Source: an uncultured virus (IMG/VR IMGVR_UViG_3300027747_004519)
Lineage: Duplodnaviria; Heunggongvirae; Uroviricota; Caudoviricetes
Length of the DNA stretch: 64,000 bases
Strand: one strand, 5' to 3'
Virus record (IMG/VR): IMGVR_UViG_3300027747_004519
A program made the translations under genes and the position numbers. Below, one piece after another: positions 27,178 to 36,947 of this stretch (position 1 is the stretch's first letter; each line of letters starts with the position of its first letter). The notes beneath the pieces were generated by a model. The model saw only the letters and a list, made by a program, of their open reading frames with translations. It had not been told where the DNA came from and did no database searches.

Positions 27178-27440
27178 GTTGTCAGTAGCTCCTTAAGTTT
27201 GATTTTCTCGTCATCTGATAAAAGCTTGGCTGCCATCTGCAATGCGTCTTTGGGGTAGACCTGCCTAAAAATATTTAGCTGTTTTTGGCTGTTAAATTTT
27301 TGATAGATTTTGTCTTTGTAGATAGCTCCTTCTGGAGGCTCAACAGGCTCAAACAAATCAGGATTGATACAAATGCGCAGATCTTGAGCTATCGCTTCAA
27401 TTGTCTCTGTTGCCAGCCATTGCGCTCTAGATAAAATCAT
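27174..27440 (-). CDS. Hypothetical protein
   Basis: Translationally coupled ORF. Confidence 0.6.
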   Translation of the reverse strand: MILSRAQWLATETIEAIAQDLRICINPDLFEPVEPPEGAIYKDKIYQKFNSQKQLNIFRQVYPKDALQMAAKLLSDDEKIKLKELLTT

Positions 27441-27960
27441 TAATTTTAGGAGTATTTACAGGTTTTTCTACAGCCAAATCATATATTCGTGGAGGTCTAG
27501 CAGTGGCAACTATCAAAGATTGCGTGATTGCGTCAGACTGGTTGACTATGGCTCGTTCTAAAATTTCCTTGTCGGTCTTGGATAGCTTGTCTAGTTTGAG
27601 GTACTGGCAAGATAGCGATTCAATTAAGACAGCATAGGCAGCCGCAGGATCAAAAATGTAATTCTTGTTGTCTTCTAGATTTAAAACCTTACAATTTGCT
27701 GGCAAATCTTGCCGGTAATTTGCTTTAAAAAAGTCAGCTATTTTTTTGCTTTTAAATACTATATTAATTTTACGATACAGACCAATATCTATAGGCTCAA
27801 TAAAAACTTTATTTAGCTCAGTGAGATTAGCCAACCGTTTAAATTTCTTTACCTCAAATACCTTATCCTCGCCAGCAAAATCTACCTGAGCGCAGGCTAA
27901 AGATTGAGAATTTAAATTAATGCCAGATGTGCCAATGCCCAGAACCATTACTTGCAGCAT
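27427..27960 (-). CDS. Hypothetical protein resembling a degenerate TerL nuclease domain
   Basis: VLGIGTSG and SDAITQSLIVA parallel TerL YIGIDTS and HDDIIMSLAFA. Confidence 0.5.
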   Translation of the reverse strand: MLQVMVLGIGTSGINLNSQSLACAQVDFAGEDKVFEVKKFKRLANLTELNKVFIEPIDIGLYRKINIVFKSKKIADFFKANYRQDLPANCKVLNLEDNKNYIFDPAAAYAVLIESLSCQYLKLDKLSKTDKEILERAIVNQSDAITQSLIVATARPPRIYDLAVEKPVNTPKINDFI

Positions 27961-28141
27961 ATTTAAAACAAAACCCTCTTGGGCAAAAGGGTTCAAAACA
28001 TTATTTAAAAGATGATATACCCCAAGAGGTATACACAAGTTTTATTTTATCGCAAAAACAAAACCCACCAATTTGTAGTTTTTGGAGGGTTCTTGAAATA
28101 ATAGGAGATCGCTCGATTATACCAATCAAACACCAAATCAA

Positions 28142-28822
28142 TTATACACTAACTAGCTTAGGTTTGCTTGACATACTATTAGAGACCGCTTGACGCTTGG
28201 CTTTCACCTTCTTTGCTGGCAACTGCTCATGAGTTGAAATCGTTGCTTTGTGAACCAACTGTCCATCCTCAAAATCAGCTTTGATTACTGTAAAGCTAGC
28301 TTTAATTTTGGTCTTTTTGCTAGGTCTAAACGCTGGCTCATCCCAGCTAATCGGCAGGTAACTATTTTTAAAAAACTGCTTAACTTCAGCTTGAGCGTTG
28401 CGGTAAATTGTAAAATAATTTCCTTTGAGGATCGGCACATTTTGCCAGACTCCTTTAAGCAAAAACCCCTCTGGCTCTTGAGGCTGAGTAGGATACCAGT
28501 AAAGCAATCTAAAATAATATTCCTTGCGCACTGGATGATATTGAGGATAGACTTTGAGCCATACTGGTAGGGTTTGCTTTAGATAGTATGGGTCTTGCTG
28601 GCTTGCCATGAAATCCAACAGCTTTGATTGCATATACTGGCAATTGTTCTTAAGAAACAATTTGTATTTTTTATCAAGAAGCAGGTAAAACAAACAGACA
28701 TCCTTGCCGTCTTTTTGCTCTATTCTGTATGAGATTGCTCCTTGAATCAAGCCAATTGCCTGATAGAAATGATCCTCTGGCGGGGTAATCTTGCGCTTAA
28801 TTGGTTTAGGTAATTTGCTCAT
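28142..28822 (-). CDS. Conserved cyanobacterial hypothetical protein (basic)
   Basis: FYQAIGLIQG..WLKVYP..FLLKGVWQ. Confidence 0.7.
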   Translation of the reverse strand: MSKLPKPIKRKITPPEDHFYQAIGLIQGAISYRIEQKDGKDVCLFYLLLDKKYKLFLKNNCQYMQSKLLDFMASQQDPYYLKQTLPVWLKVYPQYHPVRKEYYFRLLYWYPTQPQEPEGFLLKGVWQNVPILKGNYFTIYRNAQAEVKQFFKNSYLPISWDEPAFRPSKKTKIKASFTVIKADFEDGQLVHKATISTHEQLPAKKVKAKRQAVSNSMSSKPKLVSV

Positions 28823-29937
28823 TATTTTACAATGTCTATTGGCATAATCAAAATTAAGGAATTGGTGTTTTCTTCTTCTTGCTCTGGAGTGATAATTACT
28901 GGCTTGGTAGACTGATTTAATTTAATTCGTATTGAATCAGAACTGACAGATTGAATAGCCTCAATCAAATATTTGATATTGAAGGCGATAATCAAAGAAG
29001 TCAGCCCATTGCCCTTAGCTGGTTCAATTGCCATAACTTCTTGACTGGAGTTAACTTCATTTTTCGCGCTGAGCTCTAATTCCCTGTGGCTAATACTAAA
29101 TTCAACTATATTTTTATTAGAAAATAATGCCACGCGTTCTAGTGAGCTCAATAGCTCCTTGCGGTTGATTGTAAATTCTAATTCAAATTTCTTAGGCACT
29201 AGGGACTCATATTGAGGATAATTTCCCTCAAGCTTTCTGGTAATCACAATATCTCCAGAAGCTAGGGTTATGCGCAGCCATGCCGAATCTATCTCTAGAG
29301 AAACCACCGAGCCTTCTAGTAGTCGGTTGATTTTTTGCAAGCTAGCTCCTGGTATCACTACCTCAAAAGCTTTTTCCCCAGAATCACAACTGCTTGCTTG
29401 CACAGCCAATTTGTGACTATCAGTAGCGGCTGCTACAAGACTTTGCTGCTCAGATAAATATTTAAAATCAACACCAGTGAGAATCTGTTTACTCGGCTCA
29501 TTAGTATAGAAAGAACCAGTAAATTTTATAAGTTGCTTGAGCAACTTGGGATCTATATCAAATTTGATTTCTGGCGTGATAGCAGGCAGGCTTATATAGT
29601 CTTTGTAATTGCCTCCGGCAATTTGATAGCTGCCAGTAGAAGCTGTGATTGTCGTTAAACATTTTTCATCCACATGGAATCTGATATCTCCAGAGAGGCG
29701 GCTCATCAAATCGCTCAATATCTGCTTATTTATCGCTACAGAGCCCGGTTTAACTACAGTGGCTTGAGATTGTGCCACGCATCCTGATTGTAGGTCAAAC
29801 CCTGTAAAAGTGACTTGTTTGTCTTTTGCTTCAATCAGGACTGTTTTGAGAATTGGGTTATTGGGATTGGCTGGAACAAAGGCAGCAGCTTTGCTCAATG
29901 CTTGATACAGTAGTGCTTTAGTGGTTATAAATTCCAT
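28822..29937 (-). CDS. dnaN: DNA polymerase III beta sliding clamp
   Basis: PILKTVLIEA, LTGV, AATDSHKLA, LEGNYPQY, IAFNIKYL, LIMPI. Confidence 0.95.
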   Translation of the reverse strand: MEFITTKALLYQALSKAAAFVPANPNNPILKTVLIEAKDKQVTFTGFDLQSGCVAQSQATVVKPGSVAINKQILSDLMSRLSGDIRFHVDEKCLTTITASTGSYQIAGGNYKDYISLPAITPEIKFDIDPKLLKQLIKFTGSFYTNEPSKQILTGVDFKYLSEQQSLVAAATDSHKLAVQASSCDSGEKAFEVVIPGASLQKINRLLEGSVVSLEIDSAWLRITLASGDIVITRKLEGNYPQYESLVPKKFELEFTINRKELLSSLERVALFSNKNIVEFSISHRELELSAKNEVNSSQEVMAIEPAKGNGLTSLIIAFNIKYLIEAIQSVSSDSIRIKLNQSTKPVIITPEQEEENTNSLILIMPIDIVK

Positions 29938-30006
29938 GAGACATTATTTGTGTTGATTGATTTACCTTGATTGTACAATAAGCTAGCGATTAGCCAAGTG
30001 ATCCAT

Positions 30007-30043
30007 ATACCTATTGACAAGGGAGATAACAACCCTTTAGAAT
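30007..30043 (+). promoter_or_regulatory. Promoter TTGACA-18-TAGAAT preceded by operator half-site ATACCTA
   Basis: ATACCTA-TTGA junction as in the full operators. Confidence 0.6.
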
Positions 30044-30090
30044 CAAAATTACTCAACAGAGTAAAAATAACATTACGAGCAACAAATACC

Positions 30091-31038
30091 GTGAGCAACA
30101 CTACTGGCAACTTTAACGAGTTTGAAAACGAAATCGCCCAGCCCCTAGTCCGCCCTTGGGTTCAGGTAGTGAACGTCAAAAACGATTCACTAAAAAACAT
30201 TGCAAAAGACAACAAACCTTGGGGGTTTTTCCTAGCGCAAGAGCAAGCCACTGATGTGGGATTTGAGCCTGATAACAATTGGGATGATATTGATATAGAA
30301 TTTGTTGACGATGAACCAACACATGGGTATCTAACCAAATCGCCAAGGTTTGTTGTAATTCAGCGTTCACGTCCCGAAGCATACAAAAAAAATTCTTATG
30401 GAAATTGGCGATACGAAGGGCTGTATTTTGGAGATTCTGCCAATTCAGCATCAACCAATTACCACGAATTAATTAAAGGTCTCAGCTCCGATGATCAAAA
30501 AAGCTGGCGTTCAATCACGCGATACCTTTTGATGTTTGTTGATGAAAAAAATCAGCCTCTTCACAGCAAACCATTACAACTCAAATTAAAGGGCGCTGGA
30601 GGATACGCAATTGGACAAGCTATTGTAGATACTTATGTCAATTTTGAAAAGTCCTATTTTGCCAGCATCAAAAAACCGCATTCTATAATCTCACCGGCTG
30701 GCAGAGCTCGCATTGTGATTGACCTAAAACTGGGTTTGGAAAAGCCCGGCGCCAACAGTCCTCAGATTGTTGTTGAGACCCTATCTACTCCTAGCGTTGC
30801 TCTGGGCAAATTTCAAGAAGTTGACAGCAAGGGTAAAACTGTCAAGCATTTTGGGGTGAGCCTTGATTCTATGCTTGTTAGCGCTTCTACTAGCTTTGGT
30901 GCTCAGCTTAGGGATTTGCACCAAGACAATTTAGAATTTGCCTTGCCCGGTGGCAAAAAGGCTCAAGCTATTGTTAATACGGTTGATGATGAACTAGAAA
31001 CTGTTGACGATGAAAATGCTGATTTGATGCCGTTCTAA
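30091..31038 (+). CDS. DUF5895-like cyanobacterial protein, probable ssDNA-binding (GTG start)
   Basis: PRFVV..RYLLMFVDEKNQPLH..PLQLKLKGA; acidic tail ending DLMPF. Confidence 0.65.
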   Translation: MSNTTGNFNEFENEIAQPLVRPWVQVVNVKNDSLKNIAKDNKPWGFFLAQEQATDVGFEPDNNWDDIDIEFVDDEPTHGYLTKSPRFVVIQRSRPEAYKKNSYGNWRYEGLYFGDSANSASTNYHELIKGLSSDDQKSWRSITRYLLMFVDEKNQPLHSKPLQLKLKGAGGYAIGQAIVDTYVNFEKSYFASIKKPHSIISPAGRARIVIDLKLGLEKPGANSPQIVVETLSTPSVALGKFQEVDSKGKTVKHFGVSLDSMLVSASTSFGAQLRDLHQDNLEFALPGGKKAQAIVNTVDDELETVDDENADLMPF

Positions 31039-31097
31039 TAACTTTACAAGCTGGGCTAATCACCCAGCTAAAACTATCAATCTTAGGAGAATACCCC

Positions 31098-31391
31098 ATG
31101 AATAATACCGCTTATGCGCTTGATGCAATGGCGCGTACATTTGCAAGCCACTGGTTAGAAAAATGCGAATTTACAAAGCAAAATAATGATTATGTTGCAT
31201 TTTCTAAAACATTAATGCCTTTTATGCAAGAGTTAACCGGCATCAAATCAAATGTTTGGGTATTAGCATCAACAAAAGAAATTGTAAATGCGTTAATTGA
31301 TGTTTACAATAATGCATCGCACAATGAAGATATTTGTTTAATTTCAACAGAATACTATCAAAAAGTATCTGATTTATTGGAACAAATATAA
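31098..31391 (+). CDS. Hypothetical protein, WLxxC paralog family
   Basis: HWLEKCE..ISTEYYQKV. Confidence 0.7.
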   Translation: MNNTAYALDAMARTFASHWLEKCEFTKQNNDYVAFSKTLMPFMQELTGIKSNVWVLASTKEIVNALIDVYNNASHNEDICLISTEYYQKVSDLLEQI

Positions 31392-31447
31392 CTTTTACAA
31401 GCTGGGCTAACCCCCAGCTAAAATTATCAATCTTAGGAGAATCGCTT

Positions 31448-31849
31448 ATGTTATCAATATCACCAAAGCAAAATTTAGTGATATTAGATGTTTCTATATG
31501 GGCTAATAGCTGCAAAATAGAAGGAGATTTTTGCAAATTTACTTATGGTTTTTTGCGAAAAATTAAACAAATTCTCGTAGAACATTGTGAGTTTTCTGAT
31601 GATGATTTGCCACATTATGATGAATTAATAGAGGCTTTGTGGTTAGTAGATAAATTTGTCTACGCTGAAAATGCACTTGATGCGTACAATGCTAATTCGA
31701 TTTGTATTATTCCTGTGCAATATCATGAAATGGTATTGTCTGCACTTAAAGCCAAGGTTTTAGTTGATGGAAAACTTTTAAGTCTTGAGGAAAGGTATAG
31801 GTGGCCTAAGCAACTTGGTGACTCCACTGCATTGTGGTCTTTTGATTAA
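31448..31849 (+). CDS. Hypothetical protein, WLxxC paralog family
   Basis: ILVEHCE..IIPVQYHEMV. Confidence 0.7.
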   Translation: MLSISPKQNLVILDVSIWANSCKIEGDFCKFTYGFLRKIKQILVEHCEFSDDDLPHYDELIEALWLVDKFVYAENALDAYNANSICIIPVQYHEMVLSALKAKVLVDGKLLSLEERYRWPKQLGDSTALWSFD

Positions 31850-31900
31850 TTAACCTTACAAGCTGGGCTAATCACCCAGCTATCTACATAAGAAACAATT

Positions 31901-32212
31901 ATGCCGTCAGAAGAAGAATTATTAGCTCTAGTCCACAACTGGTTAGCAGATTGTCAACTTATAGAGCCTCAAAATGAACAAGAATTGCCCTACTATATCT
32001 ATCCAGTGGAGTATTCTGATCAAATATTCGATCAATTAAAACTGTGGGATGGCTATCACATCAAATGGCATTTGTTTTTTTTGTTAAAAGCTTTAGAGCA
32101 AATGCTGGACGTTTCTTGGTATGAAGATTCTAGTCCTTTGCATGTTTGTACTGAGCCCGGAATTTACCAAGACATTGTCAAATTTACAACCCCAATACAA
32201 AAAAGGATATGA
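31901..32212 (+). CDS. Hypothetical acidic protein, WLxxC paralog family
   Basis: VHNWLADCQ. Confidence 0.7.
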   Translation: MPSEEELLALVHNWLADCQLIEPQNEQELPYYIYPVEYSDQIFDQLKLWDGYHIKWHLFFLLKALEQMLDVSWYEDSSPLHVCTEPGIYQDIVKFTTPIQKRI

Positions 32213-32613
32213 CAGAATCACTAAAACAATTGTTAGACCTTGTCCAAGATTGGCTTAAGGATTGCCAAGAAGATTTTCAAAATATAGAGTATTTTGAAAA
32301 CGAGGAGGATGACGAATTTATTGTCAGTAAAATCTATGTTTTTGACACAGTTTATTTGTTTGATTTGGATGAAGAATTGGATCGCTGGAAAGAAGTTGAG
32401 CTTTGCTCAGACAGTTTGACAGACCAATTATTGATCCTGCTTGTGCAGGCTTTATATGATGCTAGCTCGTGCGATCCAAATAGTTTTAATCCCTCCAAAT
32501 ACTATATTGATGCAGAATATTACGACAAAATCTCCAGTATTGTAAAATCAATACATGCAGACATTAACAACACTGGCGACAATAAAATCGGCTCTCTTCA
32601 ATTGGATTGCTGA
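32209..32613 (+). CDS. Hypothetical highly acidic protein, WLxxC paralog family
   Basis: VQDWLKDCQ..IDAEYYDKI. Confidence 0.7.
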   Translation: MTESLKQLLDLVQDWLKDCQEDFQNIEYFENEEDDEFIVSKIYVFDTVYLFDLDEELDRWKEVELCSDSLTDQLLILLVQALYDASSCDPNSFNPSKYYIDAEYYDKISSIVKSIHADINNTGDNKIGSLQLDC

Positions 32614-32872
32614 TTGTGTTTATATCGACAAATATTACAGGTTTGATGTTAGTTATATTGCCCAGTTCAACCAGTTGATTGGGCAATTTGAAGATCATAG
32701 AATTGACGATAACTTGACCCCATATTCTCCACAGCTTAAGGGTCAAGATAAACTAGTTGATTTGTTATTGGGCATAGTTGTAAATGCCGAAATCACAGGC
32801 AAGGATCAAGCAATAATTGCTCAAATATTTCTCAATAAAGCTAAAGAATTACTAGCTCAATCCCTTCTTTAA
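32555..32872 (+). CDS. Hypothetical protein, WLxxC paralog family
   Basis: LFNWIADCV. Confidence 0.7.
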   Translation: MQTLTTLATIKSALFNWIADCVYIDKYYRFDVSYIAQFNQLIGQFEDHRIDDNLTPYSPQLKGQDKLVDLLLGIVVNAEITGKDQAIIAQIFLNKAKELLAQSLL

Positions 32873-33136
32873 TTTAATCAACTCGACATAGTACCAAAAG
32901 GGATCCTCTTTGGGAGCTTTATTGTGTAGTTCCTTAATTGAGCCTAGGCAAATACAATCTTTTCCAGGGATTGAAAGCCATCTGATTATATTGTCGCGGT
33001 CTATATAAATTTGTTTGGTGGAATCCCAGTTGTTCTCTATGCAGTCTGAAATTATTTTGTTTAGCTTTCTAGCCGCTCCGTGGATATCAACTTCAATCAG
33101 GCTCTGACTTGGTTCCCAATTTAACGATTTGGGCAT
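32852..33136 (-). CDS. Hypothetical protein
   Basis: 94-aa ORF. Confidence 0.5.
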   Translation of the reverse strand: MPKSLNWEPSQSLIEVDIHGAARKLNKIISDCIENNWDSTKQIYIDRDNIIRWLSIPGKDCICLGSIKELHNKAPKEDPFWYYVELIKLKKGLS

Positions 33137-33560
33137 GCAGTTCTGTTACTCCAGTAATCTCTTTAAAAATTCTTGGTGGCAATAGTCCGCTATCTCTAGC
33201 TTTGATTATTATTTGCGCCGTCTTGGGATCTATTAATTCAGCCTGCTCTATTGAGCGCAGGTCAAAAGGTAGAAAATCTTGCAAGTCTTTGCCAGCAGAT
33301 TTTTCATGATCCCTGATGTACTCGTACGCCATATAAGCAAGGTTTGCCGCGCTTAGCGATTGAGCGTTTATTTCTTCAGCCTTGACTTTCTTTACCCCTT
33401 GCCAAATCTTAATGATCTGGTTTTTGGGCATATTGTAAAAATCATCCAGAGGCAATCCATAGGCAATCCATTGAAAAAAAACTTGCTCCCAATCCGGCTG
33501 AGGCAGATTGTAATATTCAATCTGAGCCTCGATTAGATTGTCGCTCAGTTCTGCTTCCCC
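33093..33560 (-). CDS. Tail assembly chaperone T part, reached by -1 frameshift
   Basis: Frame opens right at GGGGAAG (33560-33554) in the last codons of the upstream gene and runs 155 sense codons. Confidence 0.7.
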   Translation of the reverse strand, partial: GEAELSDNLIEAQIEYYNLPQPDWEQVFFQWIAYGLPLDDFYNMPKNQIIKIWQGVKKVKAEEINAQSLSAANLAYMAYEYIRDHEKSAGKDLQDFLPFDLRSIEQAELIDPKTAQIIIKARDSGLLPPRIFKEITGVTELHAQIVKLGTKSEPD

Positions 33561-34189
33561 TCACTAGAGCTCCATCCGTTAATCTCGTTAGTCACAAAAC
33601 CAGCAAGGGCTGAGCGCAAGCCACTGTGGAGATTGCGCACATTCTCGCTGGTAAAAGCAACACTGGATTCTAATCTTTTGCCGGAGAGAAACAGGGATAT
33701 TAACGCTACGTAATAGTTATCAAAACTTGTATTGTAATTAGCTTGCACTTGATCGTACTGCTCATTATAGGGAGCTAGTCGCTCGGCAATAGCTGCGTTT
33801 TCCTGCTTTAAATCCCTTTTAGCCTGGGCAAGTTTGGCTTTATCAGACTCTAGAGAGAGCGCGTCAATTTCCTCTAAAAGCTGCGGTGAAGTACGAGATG
33901 TGACCTCGCTAGGAGTTAAGCCAGTGCTTTCAGAGATCAGCTTGATTGTATTGAAATACTGCTTGGCACAATCTAGATAAGCCTCGTGAGTTTCTTGAAT
34001 TGCCTCATCTTCGCTGGGATGAATTCCGTTGCGCTTGAGCAGGCTAAGCCCGATTGTCCCTTCTTTATTTTGATTGACTATCTTATCGAGCAGGTCAAAT
34101 TCTGGAGAGTTGTAGCTAAATTCGATCCACTCCGGCTTGATTTCTAAAAAATAAGTACTTGGCTTGAATTTACTAAGCAGTGAAGTCAT
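33545..34189 (-). CDS. Tail assembly chaperone G
   Basis: Downstream of the tail tube gene; ends EGKQN over a slippery site. Confidence 0.7.
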   Translation of the reverse strand: MTSLLSKFKPSTYFLEIKPEWIEFSYNSPEFDLLDKIVNQNKEGTIGLSLLKRNGIHPSEDEAIQETHEAYLDCAKQYFNTIKLISESTGLTPSEVTSRTSPQLLEEIDALSLESDKAKLAQAKRDLKQENAAIAERLAPYNEQYDQVQANYNTSFDNYYVALISLFLSGKRLESSVAFTSENVRNLHSGLRSALAGFVTNEINGWSSSEGKQN

Positions 34190-34479
34190 GATTGAATTGA
34201 TAGTTCAAAATTGGTGAGTAAACGCGCTGAGCTTTGATGTTGAAGCTCGCGAGGTATTACTATTTTAATACGTTGAGATTTTATCTCATCTGGGTATAAA
34301 ATCACAATATTTTGTCTGATATCTGGAGCAAAATAGCAAAAATTAACCAGGAGTTTTTGTCTGTACCTCCTGGCATTTGCTATCCAAATGAAATCGCCAT
34401 CACTCCAGTGAGAGCGCAATATCTCAAATTGATTTTGTTGCTTAGTAAGTAAAATATTCAAGACCGCCACTAGGCTCAA
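34186..34479 (-). CDS. Hypothetical protein of the tail operon
   Basis: Translationally coupled ORF. Confidence 0.55.
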   Translation of the reverse strand: MSLVAVLNILLTKQQNQFEILRSHWSDGDFIWIANARRYRQKLLVNFCYFAPDIRQNIVILYPDEIKSQRIKIVIPRELQHQSSARLLTNFELSIQS

Positions 34480-35392
34480 GATTCACCGTCTGCTGATAAA
34501 ATCCATTTCTTTGTACAGATTCAGGCAATCCGGCAATAATCGCTTCAAAAGAGTAGCCACCGCGTTGGTTACCTTTGAGTACAGTAACATAAACATATTG
34601 TCCGGCAAGGTTGGCCTTTTGAAGGATTTTTAGCGCAGGATCCCCATAAACCTGGGTTCCTTGAGTTGAGGAGCTGGCATCAATACCCACTACAGCTTTT
34701 TGATAAAAGAATCCAGAGCTGAAGTTGAGCTCCTGAATAATGTCGGGTTTTTGGTCAAAGTTCAGCTGATTTGCGCTCAATAGCGGAACATACGCTTTTA
34801 ATTGAGCAGTAGCGGTAACAGCAATAGCGTACTGACTAGGTAGAATTGGCACACCTGCGCTACCTGCTGGAGTGTATTGAGATACGTATACAGGTTTGAC
34901 TACTCCAGAATCAATAAATGGAATTCTGGTACCTTCGTAAAGATCAATTGTTGATGTGTTTTTTAAAACCAACTCGTTAGTACCAACAGAAATAGCACCA
35001 GTTGAGTTGATAAATCCGGTAATAGCAGCAGTAGTACCACTTGAGCCATAACCAGTTCCGCCAACTAAATCAGTAAAATCAGTAACCACACCGCCTACTA
35101 CAACCAAAGTGGCGCTAGCGCCCGAACCTGTGCCAGTAAAAGCGATTACCGCGCTATCAACATAACCACTTCCACCGTTGGTAATTTGAATATCAGTGAT
35201 CACACCATTGGTTACGGTAACAGTCGCGGTGGCACCTGTACCTATTGCAGTTGCATTAGCTTTTATTTCAATCAAAGTGTAAGGGACAGTGGCACCACGG
35301 GAATACGCAGGAGAAATCAAGAGCTTAGTATCTTGCCCAGGGGTAAAAGAGCTTTTATTACTGATAACGGTAGAATAATTTAAAACGGCCAT
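34442..35392 (-). CDS. Major tail tube protein with a G/T-rich insertion
   Basis: Beta-rich; ITNGGSGY/GGTGY repeats; GYSFEAIIAGLPESV..TVNLEPSG; upstream of the G/GT pair. Confidence 0.7.
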   Translation of the reverse strand: MAVLNYSTVISNKSSFTPGQDTKLLISPAYSRGATVPYTLIEIKANATAIGTGATATVTVTNGVITDIQITNGGSGYVDSAVIAFTGTGSGASATLVVVGGVVTDFTDLVGGTGYGSSGTTAAITGFINSTGAISVGTNELVLKNTSTIDLYEGTRIPFIDSGVVKPVYVSQYTPAGSAGVPILPSQYAIAVTATAQLKAYVPLLSANQLNFDQKPDIIQELNFSSGFFYQKAVVGIDASSSTQGTQVYGDPALKILQKANLAGQYVYVTVLKGNQRGGYSFEAIIAGLPESVQRNGFYQQTVNLEPSGGLEYFTY

Positions 35393-35447
35393 ATTTAATC
35401 CAAATACCTTAATCGATTAAGTTTATTTGTATTTTAACATAGGCGTA

Positions 35448-36074
35448 TTAAGTCATTAAATACCAACTAGCCGCTGTGATTTTGACTGTTGTGGTTTCGT
35501 AAACTAGACCGCTGCTGAGCTGGGTATAAGGCACCGTTCGAGGCTGATCAATAATTATAAAAAAGTTGGAGGCGAGTAATTTAGTTACCGCCAGCTGGTT
35601 TGTTTTTCCTGTGTCGTACTGCCTGAGTGTCAGCGTGTATTTTTCGTAAAGCTCCAATACGTTACTAAAAGCCGATTGCGGTGAAAGATCGCTTTCTCTA
35701 GAAATTATCACCTCAATTCCAGATTTTTCCTTCACCCTGTACTCTGTAGGCAAGGCTGGTGGCTCAGTCCAGATCGAAGGGAAAGTCTTAATTACTGTGT
35801 TTCCTTTAACTAATTCGTATTGCCCAAGCTCGGATTTTAAGAGTTTTTTGATTGTATCGCTGAGATATTTGAAACGAACATCAATTTGAGCTTGAGTGGG
35901 CAATTGAGGCAAAACTAGTGGAGGTGGAGCTAACGTAACCGGATTAGCTGCTGAACTATTTAAAGATTTTAAATTAAAAATCGCTGTAACCTGTGGAGTA
36001 ACCTGCTGCAAATCAGCAGTATCCACTGTGAGAATATAATCACCTGATCCGCTCAAAGTAACTCGTAAAACCAT
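35448..36074 (-). CDS. Probable tail terminator/neck protein
   Basis: Lies upstream of the tail tube gene; SGIEVII..LRQYD. Confidence 0.5.
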   Translation of the reverse strand: MVLRVTLSGSGDYILTVDTADLQQVTPQVTAIFNLKSLNSSAANPVTLAPPPLVLPQLPTQAQIDVRFKYLSDTIKKLLKSELGQYELVKGNTVIKTFPSIWTEPPALPTEYRVKEKSGIEVIISRESDLSPQSAFSNVLELYEKYTLTLRQYDTGKTNQLAVTKLLASNFFIIIDQPRTVPYTQLSSGLVYETTTVKITAASWYLMT

Positions 36075-36176
36075 ATGTATTAAAAATATAAATAATACAC
36101 TTATCTTATCAATAACAATAGCCCTGGCAATTGCCAAGGCTACATTGTACAAATCTTAAAGTCAACTTCTATTATA

Positions 36177-36662
36177 CTAGGCAGCTAGCAGATGCGAAAT
36201 CTTCCTAGTGATTGCTCTTTGAGATGCAATCGCATCTGCCACGTCAAAGCGAAAATTCTCAAATTGCAAAGTGACCTCATTGCAGTGAAATTCTACTGCC
36301 CAAGAGCGAACCGATATTGAATCCCACTTGTGAGTAATAACAATTTGGTAATTGCCACGGTTGTAACGCAAGCCTGTAACCGCGTGACCATCGCTGGCTA
36401 TATCTACAAAATTCTCCAGTTTGACTGTTGTGTCTAGTGAATTAAAAACATAGCCAACCCTTTGGATTTCTTTCTGACACAGGTTGACAATTGACAACCA
36501 ATCGTCTGTAGTTGTTGGTGCGAAACTGCCAATTCTGGCAAGGTAGCCTAAAAGGACATTGTCCTCTAAAGATTTAGTTAACTGGCAAATCCTCACAACT
36601 TCAGATAGCTCAAGGTTTTGAATATAGAAATATAGCTGGCTGGTAGTATTGATTGCTTTCAT
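36177..36662 (-). CDS. Hypothetical protein (early operon)
   Basis: AGGA ribosome-binding site before MKAINTT. Confidence 0.65.
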   Translation of the reverse strand: MKAINTTSQLYFYIQNLELSEVVRICQLTKSLEDNVLLGYLARIGSFAPTTTDDWLSIVNLCQKEIQRVGYVFNSLDTTVKLENFVDIASDGHAVTGLRYNRGNYQIVITHKWDSISVRSWAVEFHCNEVTLQFENFRFDVADAIASQRAITRKISHLLAA

Positions 36663-36678
36663 GGTTTTTTTCCTAAAT

Positions 36679-36900
36679 TTAAAATCCGACTTCACTGGCT
36701 GCTTCTAGAGATTCTACTAGATCAGCGATTACCTCTTTTGAGGCAATAAGATTAAATGTGTCTGTGGCGTCACAGACGGCAGAATGGACAAGGTAATTAA
36801 ATGGGTTTCTGATGATTTCGTTACGTAGTCCGTTGAGGACAAATACGTCCCCTTTAGCGGTTCTGTAATAAAGCTTGCCGTCACGTACAAATAGCTCCAT
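36679..36900 (-). CDS. Small hypothetical protein (early operon)
   Basis: AGGAG ribosome-binding site. Confidence 0.7.
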   Translation of the reverse strand: MELFVRDGKLYYRTAKGDVFVLNGLRNEIIRNPFNYLVHSAVCDATDTFNLIASKEVIADLVESLEAASEVGF

Positions 36901-36947
36901 GATTTTCTCCTAGGTTTGATGGTGGGGCTATTGCAAGCCCCTAATAT

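Larger units (their letters stand above)
31044..31882. repeat. Three intergenic hairpin repeats TTACAAGCTGGG-ctaa(tca/cc)-CCCAGCTA
   Basis: At 31044, 31395 and 31856, each directly after a stop codon and before the next start. Confidence 0.9.
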
